A stretch of 64,000 bases of DNA, taken from the IMG/VR virus record IMGVR_UViG_3300027977_000006, one strand, 5' to 3'. A program made the translations under genes and the position numbers. Numbering within the stretch: the stretch's first letter is position 1; every line of letters begins with the position of its first letter. Source of the stretch: a virus (lineage: Duplodnaviria > Heunggongvirae > Uroviricota > Caudoviricetes). Positions 17,650 to 27,983 of the stretch are shown here, one piece after another. The notes below the pieces were generated by a model, which saw only the letters and a list, made by a program, of their open reading frames with translations, made no database searches and was not told the DNA's origin.

Positions 17650-18467
17650 GAAAAATTGTAATTTCAGATTTTACCACAAAAGAAGTACCACACGGTGGTT
17701 CTGAGTGGGTAAATGATGTACTAATTGAAAAGTTTGGTTTAGAATTTCAATATTCACAACAAGTTTCTAGTTTTGACCAAGAGGCTTTTTATATTATATC
17801 CAACATATCATTGATGCGCCCTAGTTTGGTTAGACAAATACCAAAACTTAATTATGTTATAATGGAGCATGATTATAAAATTTGTCAATCAAGACATCCA
17901 TGGCGTTGGCCAGATTCAATAATTCCAGTTAATGAAAGAATCAACTATGATTTATATGAAAACGCTAAAGCTGTTTTTGTTCAAACTAATGACCACCAAA
18001 GAGTTTATAAAATAAATGATGTAAAAGCTAATTTTGTAAATTTACACTCATCAATATGGGCTGAAAGTGATTTACAATTATTAGAAAAGATTCTTAATGA
18101 AGTGGAAATAAAAAATGGTAAGCATGTTATATATGCCACCAATAATTGGATAAAAAATACGCAAGGTTCTATAAAATATTGTCAAGAAAATAATTTAACG
18201 TTTAACCTCGTTCAAAATCAAGAAAAAAGAGAAGACTTTTTACGCCAATTGGCTGAATGTTCTTATCTTGTATTCTTTCCGATAGCTAGAGAAACTTTTT
18301 GTAGATTGGTTGTTGAAGCCAAGTGCATGGGCTTGGAAGTAATAACCACTAAAAACTACGGTGCTTCATTGGAAGGATACTTTGAAATGAGTGGTCAAGA
18401 ACTTATTGATTTTTTACGTATGCAAACAGAAGATAACCTTTTAAAAATTTCAAAATATTTGCCTTGA
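17646..18467 (+). CDS. GT-B-like glycosyltransferase
   Basis: HGGSE loop, ETFCRLVVEAKCMG. Confidence 0.65.
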   Translation: MRKIVISDFTTKEVPHGGSEWVNDVLIEKFGLEFQYSQQVSSFDQEAFYIISNISLMRPSLVRQIPKLNYVIMEHDYKICQSRHPWRWPDSIIPVNERINYDLYENAKAVFVQTNDHQRVYKINDVKANFVNLHSSIWAESDLQLLEKILNEVEIKNGKHVIYATNNWIKNTQGSIKYCQENNLTFNLVQNQEKREDFLRQLAECSYLVFFPIARETFCRLVVEAKCMGLEVITTKNYGASLEGYFEMSGQELIDFLRMQTEDNLLKISKYLP

Positions 18468-19411
18468 TTATGAAAAAATTAAAAAAGTGGGCTAAAAATA
18501 AAATGGCTATACTATCGTTAGCCATGTCTAACGTTGAAAAGAATGCTCTTGGACAAATTTCTGAACCTTTAAGTAATGATGTTGGACAATTTAGAAGAAA
18601 CACACAAGGTCAGTTGGCTGATTCTTTGGTGCATGGAGAGGTAACTCAAGAAGTTTTAGATTTAAGGTGGAGAATCTATAAAATACTAAGAGAAACCGAT
18701 GGATTGACTTCTGAAATAACTGGTTACGATGAAGATGGTATGCCGATTGTCATTACAAGAAAAACTGATAAGAAGAAAGCGTTAAAAAAGATTAAGATAG
18801 ATAAAGATGACGACTATAAGTTAGAAATGGTTATCAATAACGAACCAATTACATTAGGTGTTAACGATGTAATGTCTAGTGAGTACATTGATGAAAAAGA
18901 AACGCCAGAAATAATGTCTGGTGACACAGCGTCTTTGGGTGAAATTTCTGGTGAAAAATATTTTGGTTCCTATAAAAATCAAATTCCTGTAAAAATACAT
19001 AGGGATATCATTTCTAAATTTGATATAGAAACATACACTAAAAAACTTAATGTTAGAAAAATAGATGAAAATACTAGACTGCTAGAATTTTATGTTAGCA
19101 AATATCCAGACCCAGATAATAAAAGAAGTAATTTGTTTATAAAAGAGGTCCAAAAAGCTATCGTAAACCCAAGACAAACTACAATGTTAGAGTTTAAAAA
19201 GGTAAGCTTTGTAACATATAAAAGTATTGGTGTCTCTGACTTTTTAGAGTTTGAATATGATGTTAAGTCATTTGATAAAATAGTTGAGTTTAATGGTAAC
19301 TATGTTATAAAATTTATCGCTGAAATTGTAAAAAATGGCGATGATATTTTTGAAAAACACAGACAAGAAATTTTAGATAAAAAATATCAGAAAAAAGAAG
19401 CTAAAAAATGA
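18464..19411 (+). CDS. Hypothetical protein within glycan cluster
   Basis: 315 aa; overlaps both neighbours; no motif recognised. Confidence 0.7.
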   Translation: MIMKKLKKWAKNKMAILSLAMSNVEKNALGQISEPLSNDVGQFRRNTQGQLADSLVHGEVTQEVLDLRWRIYKILRETDGLTSEITGYDEDGMPIVITRKTDKKKALKKIKIDKDDDYKLEMVINNEPITLGVNDVMSSEYIDEKETPEIMSGDTASLGEISGEKYFGSYKNQIPVKIHRDIISKFDIETYTKKLNVRKIDENTRLLEFYVSKYPDPDNKRSNLFIKEVQKAIVNPRQTTMLEFKKVSFVTYKSIGVSDFLEFEYDVKSFDKIVEFNGNYVIKFIAEIVKNGDDIFEKHRQEILDKKYQKKEAKK

Positions 19412-20145
19412 AATTAGTGATTGGTGTTACGGCTTTTAACGTTGAAGAGTATATAGTTAGGTGCATAAATTCAATAAAGACTCAAAACTATAAAAATTTT
19501 GTTTGTTATATAATTGATGACTTATCAACAGACAATACAGTAAAGCTAATAAAAAAAGCTATAAAAGAGGACAAAAGATTCAAGTTAGTTGTTAATAAAG
19601 AGAAAAGATATCAATGCGGTAATTATGACCTAATATGTAGAGATAGACCATCTGTTAAAGATGAAGATATATTTTTAGAGGTAGATGGGGATGATTTTTT
19701 ACCTGACAATGAAGTCTTTGATAGAGTTATTGCTCACTATAATGATAAAAATGTTTGGATAGCTTATGGTAATTTTATGTTTTTAGATGGTAAAATTGGT
19801 TTCTCTAGTCCTATAAAAGATTTGTCAAATATTAGAAATGAAAACTTTACAGCATCGCATTTAAGAACTTGGAAAATATTCCTGTGGAGGGCGTTAGACC
19901 AAAAAGATTTAAAAGACGAAAAAGGTAATTGGTGGGTTGCTGGTAGTGATTTAATATTCATGTATAATATGTTGGAAATGGCTGGTATAGAACACTATAA
20001 ATATATGCCAGAGATTAACTACGTGTATAATGATAAAAACCCTATTAGTGATGGTAGAATAGCGTTACCATACGTTAATGATTTAGTAGAATACGTTAAA
20101 ATTAAACAACCTAAAACAAGAATAACTTATGAACCACTTGATTGA
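19408..20145 (+). CDS. GT2-family glycosyltransferase
   Basis: TAFNVEEYI, IIDDLSTDNT, LEVDGDD. Confidence 0.88.
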   Translation: MKLVIGVTAFNVEEYIVRCINSIKTQNYKNFVCYIIDDLSTDNTVKLIKKAIKEDKRFKLVVNKEKRYQCGNYDLICRDRPSVKDEDIFLEVDGDDFLPDNEVFDRVIAHYNDKNVWIAYGNFMFLDGKIGFSSPIKDLSNIRNENFTASHLRTWKIFLWRALDQKDLKDEKGNWWVAGSDLIFMYNMLEMAGIEHYKYMPEINYVYNDKNPISDGRIALPYVNDLVEYVKIKQPKTRITYEPLD

Positions 20146-21094
20146 ATTATTTAAAAAAAGAAAATACAATTATTGTGACATATACAAGTATGAAAAAACT
20201 ATAAGATTTTTAAGCAAAGATTATAGAGATATAAATTTTTTTATAGCTGTAAAAGGTAAGACTGATTACTTTAAAGCGACACTAAATAATGTTTTAATAA
20301 GCTCAAAAAATTGCGGTCTAAAAATAAAGATAGTAGTTGTTGAACAGGATGACACACCAATAAACTATGAATTTTGTAAAGAATTAAAAGTTGATTATAT
20401 TTTTATTCCTCAAGAAATAAGTTATTGCGAGAACTTCCACTCAACCGCATTGATGTATAATGTTGGTTACTTATTCTCTAATAAAGCAACGTACAACATG
20501 TTTCACTGTTGTGACATTTTGTTACCGCATGACTTTTTTAAGGTATTAGAAGAAAATTATTTAAAGAAGGATTGTTTTACATGGTTGCAACCATTTCACG
20601 GTAAAAGGGTTATTTCTGTCGATGAGGACACAACTAAAAAATTTTTATCTGGAGAATTAATGTCGGTTGACCCATCAAACGAATCAATCTCAAAAAATTA
20701 TGTCCCAGAAGACAGTGGGGCTCCAGGTGGGTGTATTTGTGTTTACTCTAAAACCATGGATGAAATTGGTGGATACGACCCAGAATTGTTTTATGCATAT
20801 TCGCCAGAAGATGCATTCTTTTGGGCTAAGCTAGAAGTCGCCACCAATAAGTGTAAAGTTTCAAATCTACACACTGGAGCTGCGTTATATGCTGACAATC
20901 CAATAATAGAGATATATCATTTAAACCACGAAAGACAAATAGGTAATAACCAAAACTATAAAGACATGTTAAAGCTTTATCTAAGTTTTATGGAAGATTT
21001 TTCTTTTGAGAATCAAGTAGAATACATAGAGTTTAAAGCAAAAAAATTTAAAAAACATAAGAAAAAACTAATTAAATTAAAAGAAAGTTTATGA
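20129..21094 (+). CDS. GT-A glycosyltransferase (GT2/GT7-like)
   Basis: VVVEQDD, HCCDILLP, GGYDPELFYAYSPED, YHLNH. Confidence 0.75.
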   Translation: MNHLIELFKKRKYNYCDIYKYEKTIRFLSKDYRDINFFIAVKGKTDYFKATLNNVLISSKNCGLKIKIVVVEQDDTPINYEFCKELKVDYIFIPQEISYCENFHSTALMYNVGYLFSNKATYNMFHCCDILLPHDFFKVLEENYLKKDCFTWLQPFHGKRVISVDEDTTKKFLSGELMSVDPSNESISKNYVPEDSGAPGGCICVYSKTMDEIGGYDPELFYAYSPEDAFFWAKLEVATNKCKVSNLHTGAALYADNPIIEIYHLNHERQIGNNQNYKDMLKLYLSFMEDFSFENQVEYIEFKAKKFKKHKKKLIKLKESL

Positions 21095-21810
21095 TAATTT
21101 TAACAACCTTATATAATGCTGAAAGATACGTTGAAAAATGTATTTATAGCATCATGGCCCAAGATTTTCAAGATTTCAAATGTTATATAACTGATGATTT
21201 ATCAACCGATAATTCTGTTAATGCTGTTAAAAAAGCTATCGAGGGTGATAATAGATTTATATTGATTGAGAACAAAGAAAAATTATTTCAACCTGGAAAT
21301 TATGACCAAATCATTAGAGGTAATTATAATATTCATGATGATGAGATAATTGTTGAAGTTGATGGCGATGATTGGTTACCAGATTCAAAAGTTTTTGATA
21401 GACTAATGAAAATCTATGACGATAAGAATGTTTGGATAGCGAATGGTAGCTTTAGATATTCAGATGGTAGAATGGGGTTTGCTGCTCCGCCAAAAAATAT
21501 ATCAAACATTAGAAATGAAAACTTCACAGCGTCACATTTAAGAACATGGAGGGCTTTTCTATGGAGAGCAATAAACCAAGATTATTTAAAAGATGATAAT
21601 GGTAAATATTGGGAGGTTGCTGGTGATTTGGCCTTTATGTATCCTATGATTGAAATGGCTGGTTATGAAAATTATAGGTTTATGCCAGAGATTAATTATA
21701 TCTACAATGAAGAGAACCCAATAAATGACCACAAAGCAAATTTAGGTAAAGTTCAAAGAATCGTAAATATAATCAGAAATAAGCAAAAATACGCTAAACT
21801 TTTAAAGTAA
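21091..21810 (+). CDS. GT2-family glycosyltransferase, close paralog of 19408
   Basis: TLYNAERYV, DDLSTD, VEVDGDDW; shares NIRNENFTASHLRTW with 19408 ORF. Confidence 0.88.
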   Translation: MIILTTLYNAERYVEKCIYSIMAQDFQDFKCYITDDLSTDNSVNAVKKAIEGDNRFILIENKEKLFQPGNYDQIIRGNYNIHDDEIIVEVDGDDWLPDSKVFDRLMKIYDDKNVWIANGSFRYSDGRMGFAAPPKNISNIRNENFTASHLRTWRAFLWRAINQDYLKDDNGKYWEVAGDLAFMYPMIEMAGYENYRFMPEINYIYNEENPINDHKANLGKVQRIVNIIRNKQKYAKLLK

Positions 21811-21835
21811 ATCTTTATTTTTGTTATTAAAAGCG

Positions 21836-21843
21836 TACATTTG
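21836..21843 (+). promoter_or_regulatory. Bacteroidota -7 promoter element
   Basis: TACATTTG 12 nt upstream of ATG 21856. Confidence 0.5.
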
Positions 21844-21855
21844 TGAAAAAACAGT

Positions 21856-22671
21856 ATGATATATTGTAACATAAAAGGTGGTCTAGGAAACATGTTATTT
21901 CAAATAGTGGCCACAAAATCAATGGCAAAAGATTTAAATACCGATTGCTCAATCCCAAACTTAAATGAATATTTAGTTTTCTTAAATGAAGAAACAACGC
22001 ATAATCCTATATTGACACATAGTCTAGAGTATATGGAATATTTGGATTTATTTAAAAACATAAAAACAGTTGGTCCAGAAAACAAAAATATACCAGTTCA
22101 CAGATTTCCATTCAACTATGTTAATTATAGTTTACCCACAAATTCAGATTTTTTTATAGATGGGTTTTTTCAAAGTGAAAAATATTTTGTGCATAACAGA
22201 GCCGCTATTTTAGAATGGATGAAAATACCAACAAAAATAAATGAAATAATAAAAGAGAAATATTCAGACATATTAACTAAAAACGCCACATCAATACACG
22301 TTAGAAGAGGTGATTACTTAAAATTTCCCGATTACCATTTTGTTCAAACTTTAGATTATTTTATGAATGGTGTGGAATTTTTAAAATCACACACTGATGT
22401 TTTTGTTGTCTTCAGCGATGACATTCAATGGTGTAAAGATAATTTTAAAATGGATAACGTTATCTTTGTTGAAAATGAAAAAGATTATGTAGAACTATAT
22501 TTGATGTCACTTTGTAAACATAATGTAACATCAAATTCATCATTTTCTTGGTGGGGAGCATGGTTAAATGATAACTCAAATAAAATTGTTGTTGGCCCTA
22601 GAAATTGGTTTGGACCAAGATGTGGTGAGCCAACATTTGATATACTACCTAATAACTGGATTAAATTTTAA
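21856..22671 (+). CDS. GT11 alpha-1,2-fucosyltransferase-like
   Basis: GGLGNMLFQ, GFFQSEKYF, SIHVRRGDY, FSDDIQWC, NSSFSWWGAWL. Confidence 0.92.
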   Translation: MIYCNIKGGLGNMLFQIVATKSMAKDLNTDCSIPNLNEYLVFLNEETTHNPILTHSLEYMEYLDLFKNIKTVGPENKNIPVHRFPFNYVNYSLPTNSDFFIDGFFQSEKYFVHNRAAILEWMKIPTKINEIIKEKYSDILTKNATSIHVRRGDYLKFPDYHFVQTLDYFMNGVEFLKSHTDVFVVFSDDIQWCKDNFKMDNVIFVENEKDYVELYLMSLCKHNVTSNSSFSWWGAWLNDNSNKIVVGPRNWFGPRCGEPTFDILPNNWIKF

Positions 22672-22673
22672 AT

Positions 22674-23093
22674 ATGGAAAAAATATATTCAAAAGTAGAA
22701 GAAGGAAAATTACTTCATATTATCAATAGATTAAGTGAAATAGAAGGTAGAACTGAAGCAGTTCCAGAAGATAATTTTATTCAATGTGCTACATTAAAAA
22801 TGGAAAAAGGTAAAACTTTCCCACCACATAAACACATAACAAAAGATAGACATTATCCAGAACAAATTGCCCAAGAATCTTGGGTTGTAATCAAGGGAAG
22901 TGTTAAATGTATCTTTTACGACATTGATGACACAATTATTGCGACACCAATTCTTGAAGCTGGTGATGCCAGCTTCACTCTTTATGGTGGTCATACGTAT
23001 GAAATATTAGAAGATGATACTATCGTATATGAATATAAAACTGGGCCTTATGAAGGTCAAAAGTTAGATAAAACATTTATAAAGAATGACTAA
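22674..23093 (+). CDS. Cupin (WbuC-like sugar isomerase fold)
   Basis: PPHKH, QESWVVIKG, GGHTYEI, EYKTGPY. Confidence 0.75.
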   Translation: MEKIYSKVEEGKLLHIINRLSEIEGRTEAVPEDNFIQCATLKMEKGKTFPPHKHITKDRHYPEQIAQESWVVIKGSVKCIFYDIDDTIIATPILEAGDASFTLYGGHTYEILEDDTIVYEYKTGPYEGQKLDKTFIKND

Positions 23094-23688
23094 TAGTGGC
23101 GAAATAACCAAATGGTTTAGAGATAATGGTGACTACACGCACAATATAACCTATAATTTAACCGAAAACTCTGTAATAATGGACTTGGGTGGGTATACTG
23201 GTGTTTGGGCTCAACAGATGATTGAAAAATACAATCCAAATGTTTATATCTTAGAACCAGTAACTAATTTCTATAAAGGTATGGTTACCAGATTTTCAAA
23301 TAACGATAAAGTTCGTTTGATGAATGTTGGTATTGGAGTAGAAGATAAAGACGGTGTTATTTTTATGAGTGGTGATGGAACATCGTCTAATTTAACTGAT
23401 GGCGAATTGATAAACGTTAGGTTTAACAAAATTGATACTGTATTGGAAAAATGGGGTTTAAGTGAGGTTGATTTAATTCAAATTAACATCGAAGGTGATG
23501 AATATCCGCTTTTAGAACACATGTTACAAACTGGTTCAATAAATAAATTTAAAAACATACAAATTCAATTCCACTTAGGTATTGAAAACGATATTGAAAG
23601 ACGAAACAAAATCAGAGATGGTTTAATCGCAAATGGGTTTACTAATAATTTTGATTACCCATTTGTTTGGGAATCATGGGGTAAATAA
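23086..23688 (+). CDS. FkbM-family methyltransferase
   Basis: MDLGGYTG, ILEP, DLIQINIEGDEY, IQIQFH. Confidence 0.88.
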   Translation: MTNSGEITKWFRDNGDYTHNITYNLTENSVIMDLGGYTGVWAQQMIEKYNPNVYILEPVTNFYKGMVTRFSNNDKVRLMNVGIGVEDKDGVIFMSGDGTSSNLTDGELINVRFNKIDTVLEKWGLSEVDLIQINIEGDEYPLLEHMLQTGSINKFKNIQIQFHLGIENDIERRNKIRDGLIANGFTNNFDYPFVWESWGK

Positions 23689-23696
23689 TATTAATT

Positions 23697-24476
23697 ATGA
23701 AAATTTTAGTAAAAACAATGGGTGGTGGTATTTTTTCTATTTTTACAGTTGCAATACAACAAATATTAAGAGATATTTCAAATGTTGAAGATATCGAAAA
23801 CATATATATTGAATTGGATAAACCTAGAAGCATTTACCCAAACAATAGGTTGATTAATACTATTGAAAATGAAAGCGGTAATCCATTTGATTTTGTTTTA
23901 GACCAGATAAAATTACAACCAAATATTGTCTTAATTGCAACGCCATTAAAAACCTATAATAATCATGAAATTTTATATGGTACTGAAGAATTAAAAAAAT
24001 TACAAATTATTTGTAGTAAAATAAAAATAAAAGAAAACGTTTTAAGTAAAATTAAAAATGATATTAATGAAGATACATTAGGTGTGCATGTAAGGTTAAC
24101 TGATATGTTAGAATTTCATAAAGATATTCATAATGGCGGCTCAACAGAAGAATATATCTCATCTATTAAAAAAATAATATCAACTAACAAAGTTAAAAAT
24201 ATATATGTTGCTAGTGATAATTCATTATCACTATTAAAATTAAAAGAAAATTTTGATATAATCAATAATACGGCTAGTAATTTAAACAAAACAGAATACG
24301 GTGGTGATTATTTTAACTATCAATTAGATAACATGCACCTAGAATTTTTTTGGGTAGATTCTTTTGTTGATATGTTATCATTATCTAGATGTGGTACTTT
24401 GCTCTATAAATTGAGTAATTTAAACACAACATCATTATTTTTTTCAAAAACATTAACTAAATTTTATAAAATATGA
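23697..24476 (+). CDS. Fucosyltransferase-like (NodZ/GT23/O-FucT fold)
   Basis: GGGIFS, LGVHVRLTD, IYVASDN, DMLSLSRC. Confidence 0.72.
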   Translation: MKILVKTMGGGIFSIFTVAIQQILRDISNVEDIENIYIELDKPRSIYPNNRLINTIENESGNPFDFVLDQIKLQPNIVLIATPLKTYNNHEILYGTEELKKLQIICSKIKIKENVLSKIKNDINEDTLGVHVRLTDMLEFHKDIHNGGSTEEYISSIKKIISTNKVKNIYVASDNSLSLLKLKENFDIINNTASNLNKTEYGGDYFNYQLDNMHLEFFWVDSFVDMLSLSRCGTLLYKLSNLNTTSLFFSKTLTKFYKI

Positions 24477-25333
24477 AAATACTATTTAATTACGCAGATT
24501 TAAAGTTTTATAACTCACAAAAATTAAACACGGAAACTGGTTTAGGTATTGGTAGTTTTGATAAAGTGTTTGAATTTAGAAAAGAAGACATAGACCAAGA
24601 GTTTTATCAAAAAAATAAACACATCCTAGACCAACCAAGAGGTGCTGGTTATTGGTTATGGAAGTTTCACTTTGTGATGCGATTACTTAACGATGACGCA
24701 ATTCCAGAAGATAGTTATATTTTTTATGCTGACTCTGGGTCTAAATTTATCGGGTCAATTGATGAGTTAATTACAGTTTTTGAAAGAGATAACTTATCCG
24801 TTATGACGTTTAGACAAAATCATTTAAGTTATATTTGGACAAAACGAGATGCATTTATTTTAACAGGTACGGATTCTCCAGAATATACACATACTGGTAC
24901 CAGAGTTGGTGGTTGGTTCTTACTAAAGAAAAACGATTTCAGTAGAGAGTTTATGGGAAAATGTCACGACTACGGTTGTGACTATAGAATTATAAGCGAC
25001 TCACCAAACGAATTAGGTGTACCAAATTATGAAGGGTTTCTTGAAAATAGACATGACGAAACAATTATTACTTTGGTTAGTAAAAAATATGGTTTATTCC
25101 CATATCGAAATCCATCACAATGGGGATTTATAGGAGATGTTAATTTTACTGACAATATGTATGGTAAAGAAGCAACAAAAAGAATGGTTGAGAAATTCGG
25201 TGAATTATCAACGTGGGGGAATAAATATGGGAATTATTTTCATGGTGAATCATTAAACCAACACCCTCATTTTGAATTTGATGATAAATCAACGTATCCA
25301 ACAATAATAGATTTACATAAAAGCCCAGCATAA
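24473..25333 (+). CDS. Putative glycosyltransferase
   Basis: RGAGYWLWK, FYADSG, WTKRD, NRHDETI. Confidence 0.6.
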   Translation: MKILFNYADLKFYNSQKLNTETGLGIGSFDKVFEFRKEDIDQEFYQKNKHILDQPRGAGYWLWKFHFVMRLLNDDAIPEDSYIFYADSGSKFIGSIDELITVFERDNLSVMTFRQNHLSYIWTKRDAFILTGTDSPEYTHTGTRVGGWFLLKKNDFSREFMGKCHDYGCDYRIISDSPNELGVPNYEGFLENRHDETIITLVSKKYGLFPYRNPSQWGFIGDVNFTDNMYGKEATKRMVEKFGELSTWGNKYGNYFHGESLNQHPHFEFDDKSTYPTIIDLHKSPA

Positions 25334-25334
25334 T

Positions 25335-25871
25335 ATGGTTAAAGCACTTGGTAATGATATAATCGTTGATGACGATGTATTGGTAAAACAAGATTTGGTA
25401 ATAAACGGTTCACATGTGGCAATTGATAAGGGCTTCTATTGTACAACTAACGCCACGATTGGCGATTACGTACATATTGGACCTTATGTAACAATAATAG
25501 GTGGTAAAGAAGGTAGCTTCAGAGCCGTTGGATTTAATAACATAATGGCTGGTGCTAGAATTGTTTGTGGTTCTGATAGATTTGACGATAGCGGTTTATT
25601 TGGTGCTATGATACCGAAAGAATTAAAAGGTACTCAAATAATTGAGCCCGTAATCATGGAAGAGTTCTCAAACATTGGAACAAATGCAATTGTATTACCT
25701 GGCTCAACACTTAGACGAGGTGTGTTATTAACCGCTGGTAGTTTACTCATGGGTGATACTGAAGAATGGGGTGTCTACAAAGGAAATCCAGCTGTGTTGG
25801 TTAAAAAGATTGACCCGACTAAAATAATAGAAAACGCAAAAAAATTGGGTTATGATTTATATAATTGGTGA
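25335..25871 (+). CDS. Hexapeptide-repeat sugar acyltransferase
   Basis: IGDYVHIGPYVTI, IGTNAIVLPG, YKGNPA. Confidence 0.85.
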   Translation: MVKALGNDIIVDDDVLVKQDLVINGSHVAIDKGFYCTTNATIGDYVHIGPYVTIIGGKEGSFRAVGFNNIMAGARIVCGSDRFDDSGLFGAMIPKELKGTQIIEPVIMEEFSNIGTNAIVLPGSTLRRGVLLTAGSLLMGDTEEWGVYKGNPAVLVKKIDPTKIIENAKKLGYDLYNW

Positions 25872-26553
25872 TAGTCATGTATCTATTTTTTCTGGGGTAG
25901 ATACAAAAGAAGATGGTAAAATGCATATGCAACCAGAATTCGGTTATTGTTATACTTTATCACAAGGCCAACTGCAACCATCGATAAACCCATTTCAAAA
26001 AAATATACCACATTTTTTAGCGATAAAAATTGGGTCACATACAGCATATAATTCATTCAATAAATTACCAAAAATAGAACAGGCAATATCTGAATACGGT
26101 ATCAATGTAAACGATTATGTGTTTATGTGTTTTGGTCAAATTGATGTACAAAATCATTTAATTCCAAACTCAATTAAAAATAATACAACTGTAAGTGAAG
26201 AAATCCATGTATGTGTTGACCGATATATTCAAACACTATTATATTTAAAAGAAAAATATGTGAATATTAATATCGGTGCCTATGGTGCACCAGCTACTTC
26301 AATCGGATGTGGTAACAGACCAAAAATAGCTAAAGATAAGGCGATAGAATACAATAAGATAACATTATTATTTAATGATTATCTTAAGTTAAAATGTGAA
26401 GAAAGAGGTATTTTATTTAAAGAAATTTCTAAAAAATTATTACTTCATGATGGTTCAACCGATGACATATTCGTTGTTGATGACATACATTTATCTGCAA
26501 ATGCGATACCATTCATATTAGATGAATTTTCAGACATAATAAATAATATATGA
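25852..26553 (+). CDS. SGNH/GDSL hydrolase-like protein
   Basis: IGDSH, FGQID, DDIH. Confidence 0.7.
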   Translation: MIYIIGDSHVSIFSGVDTKEDGKMHMQPEFGYCYTLSQGQLQPSINPFQKNIPHFLAIKIGSHTAYNSFNKLPKIEQAISEYGINVNDYVFMCFGQIDVQNHLIPNSIKNNTTVSEEIHVCVDRYIQTLLYLKEKYVNINIGAYGAPATSIGCGNRPKIAKDKAIEYNKITLLFNDYLKLKCEERGILFKEISKKLLLHDGSTDDIFVVDDIHLSANAIPFILDEFSDIINNI

Positions 26554-27365
26554 GTAGACCTAAAATAAATATGATTGGTGGTGGGTTTCAACATAGTATA
26601 TCAACAAATGACATGGAACCAAAATTTGTAGAATGGGTTAAAGATGGTTCTGCATCGATATCAATACATATTGATAATGGGTTGTTGATTCCAACAAACC
26701 CAAATACTAAAAATTATGGTTGGTTATGTGAATCAAAAACTATTATTTCAGCATATTACGTGTGGTGTGAAAGAAACTTTGAAATTTTAAAAAACAATTT
26801 TATAAAAGTTTTCACACATGATGTCGAATTAGCTAAATTATCTGACATATTTCAACTCACACAATGTAGTGCTAAATCGTATTTTAACCACGGTGAAATG
26901 TACCCAAAAAATAAATTGGTATCAATGATTGCCTCAAATAAAATGATGTGTAATGAACACATTTATAGGCAACAAATGATTCAAAAGTTTTCTAGTAAAT
27001 GCGACCATTTTGGTAGAGGTTATAGACAAATAGAAAATAAAGAAGATGGGTTGAAAGATTATTGTTTTTCTATTGTAATGGAAAACGCAACTTATCCTAA
27101 TATGTTCACCGAAAAGATTACCGATTGTTTCATGACTGGTACAATACCAATCTATTACGGTATTTCAAACATCGGTGATTACTTTGATACAAACGGTATA
27201 ATAATTTTAAACGATGATTTTAAAATTGAAGATTTATCATTAGAGTTATACCAATCTAAAATTGAATCAGTTGAAAAAAATCTACAATTAGCTATTGATT
27301 TATTGGTTGCAGAAGATTATATTTATAAAAACTTTATTGAAATAAATAACGAAATAAGCAAATAA
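26550..27365 (+). CDS. GT10 alpha-1,3-fucosyltransferase-like
   Basis: YCFSIVMEN...FTEKITDCFMTGTIPIYYG. Confidence 0.88.
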   Translation: MSRPKINMIGGGFQHSISTNDMEPKFVEWVKDGSASISIHIDNGLLIPTNPNTKNYGWLCESKTIISAYYVWCERNFEILKNNFIKVFTHDVELAKLSDIFQLTQCSAKSYFNHGEMYPKNKLVSMIASNKMMCNEHIYRQQMIQKFSSKCDHFGRGYRQIENKEDGLKDYCFSIVMENATYPNMFTEKITDCFMTGTIPIYYGISNIGDYFDTNGIIILNDDFKIEDLSLELYQSKIESVEKNLQLAIDLLVAEDYIYKNFIEINNEISK

Positions 27366-27375
27366 ACAAAAAAAT

Positions 27376-27978
27376 ATGTCTTTTGAAATTATTGGTGAAT
27401 TTGAAAAAGCAATTGCTGAATTTTTTGGCTCGCCTTACGCTGTAGCGGTAGATAGTTGTACACACGGTATTGAATTGTGTTTAAGATACACTAAAGAAAC
27501 TAAAATAAATGTTCCTAAAAGAACATATTTGTCAGTGCCATTTTTAGCTGAAAAAATGGGTTTAGAAAGAGAATGGAGAGATGAAGAATGGCAAGATTAT
27601 TATACACTTAATTATGGTGATAAAAGAATAATTGATGCCGCTGTTCTTTGGAGAAAAGATAGCTATATACCAAATACTTTTATGTGTCTTAGCTTTCAAT
27701 TCCAAAAACACCTTTCATTAGGTAGAGGTGGTATTATTTTATTAGATAATGAAGAAGACTTTATTACACTTAAAAAAATGTCCTATGATGGGAGAATACC
27801 TAATATACCATGGAGAGAACAGAATATTGATACAATTGGTTTTCACTATTATATGACACCAGAAACCGCAAAGTTAGGTTTAGAAAAACTAAAACATGCG
27901 ATTGATACAACACCTAAAAAATGGGTAGTCACTGATTGGCCAGACTTAACAAAAATGGAAATTTTTAATAAAAAATAA
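27376..27978 (+). CDS. Short DegT/DnrJ/EryC1/StrS PLP-dependent enzyme
   Basis: FEKAIAEFFG..YAVAVDSCT, IDAA, LSFQFQKHL..GRGG; only 200 aa. Confidence 0.82.
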   Translation: MSFEIIGEFEKAIAEFFGSPYAVAVDSCTHGIELCLRYTKETKINVPKRTYLSVPFLAEKMGLEREWRDEEWQDYYTLNYGDKRIIDAAVLWRKDSYIPNTFMCLSFQFQKHLSLGRGGIILLDNEEDFITLKKMSYDGRIPNIPWREQNIDTIGFHYYMTPETAKLGLEKLKHAIDTTPKKWVVTDWPDLTKMEIFNKK

Positions 27979-27983
27979 AAAAA

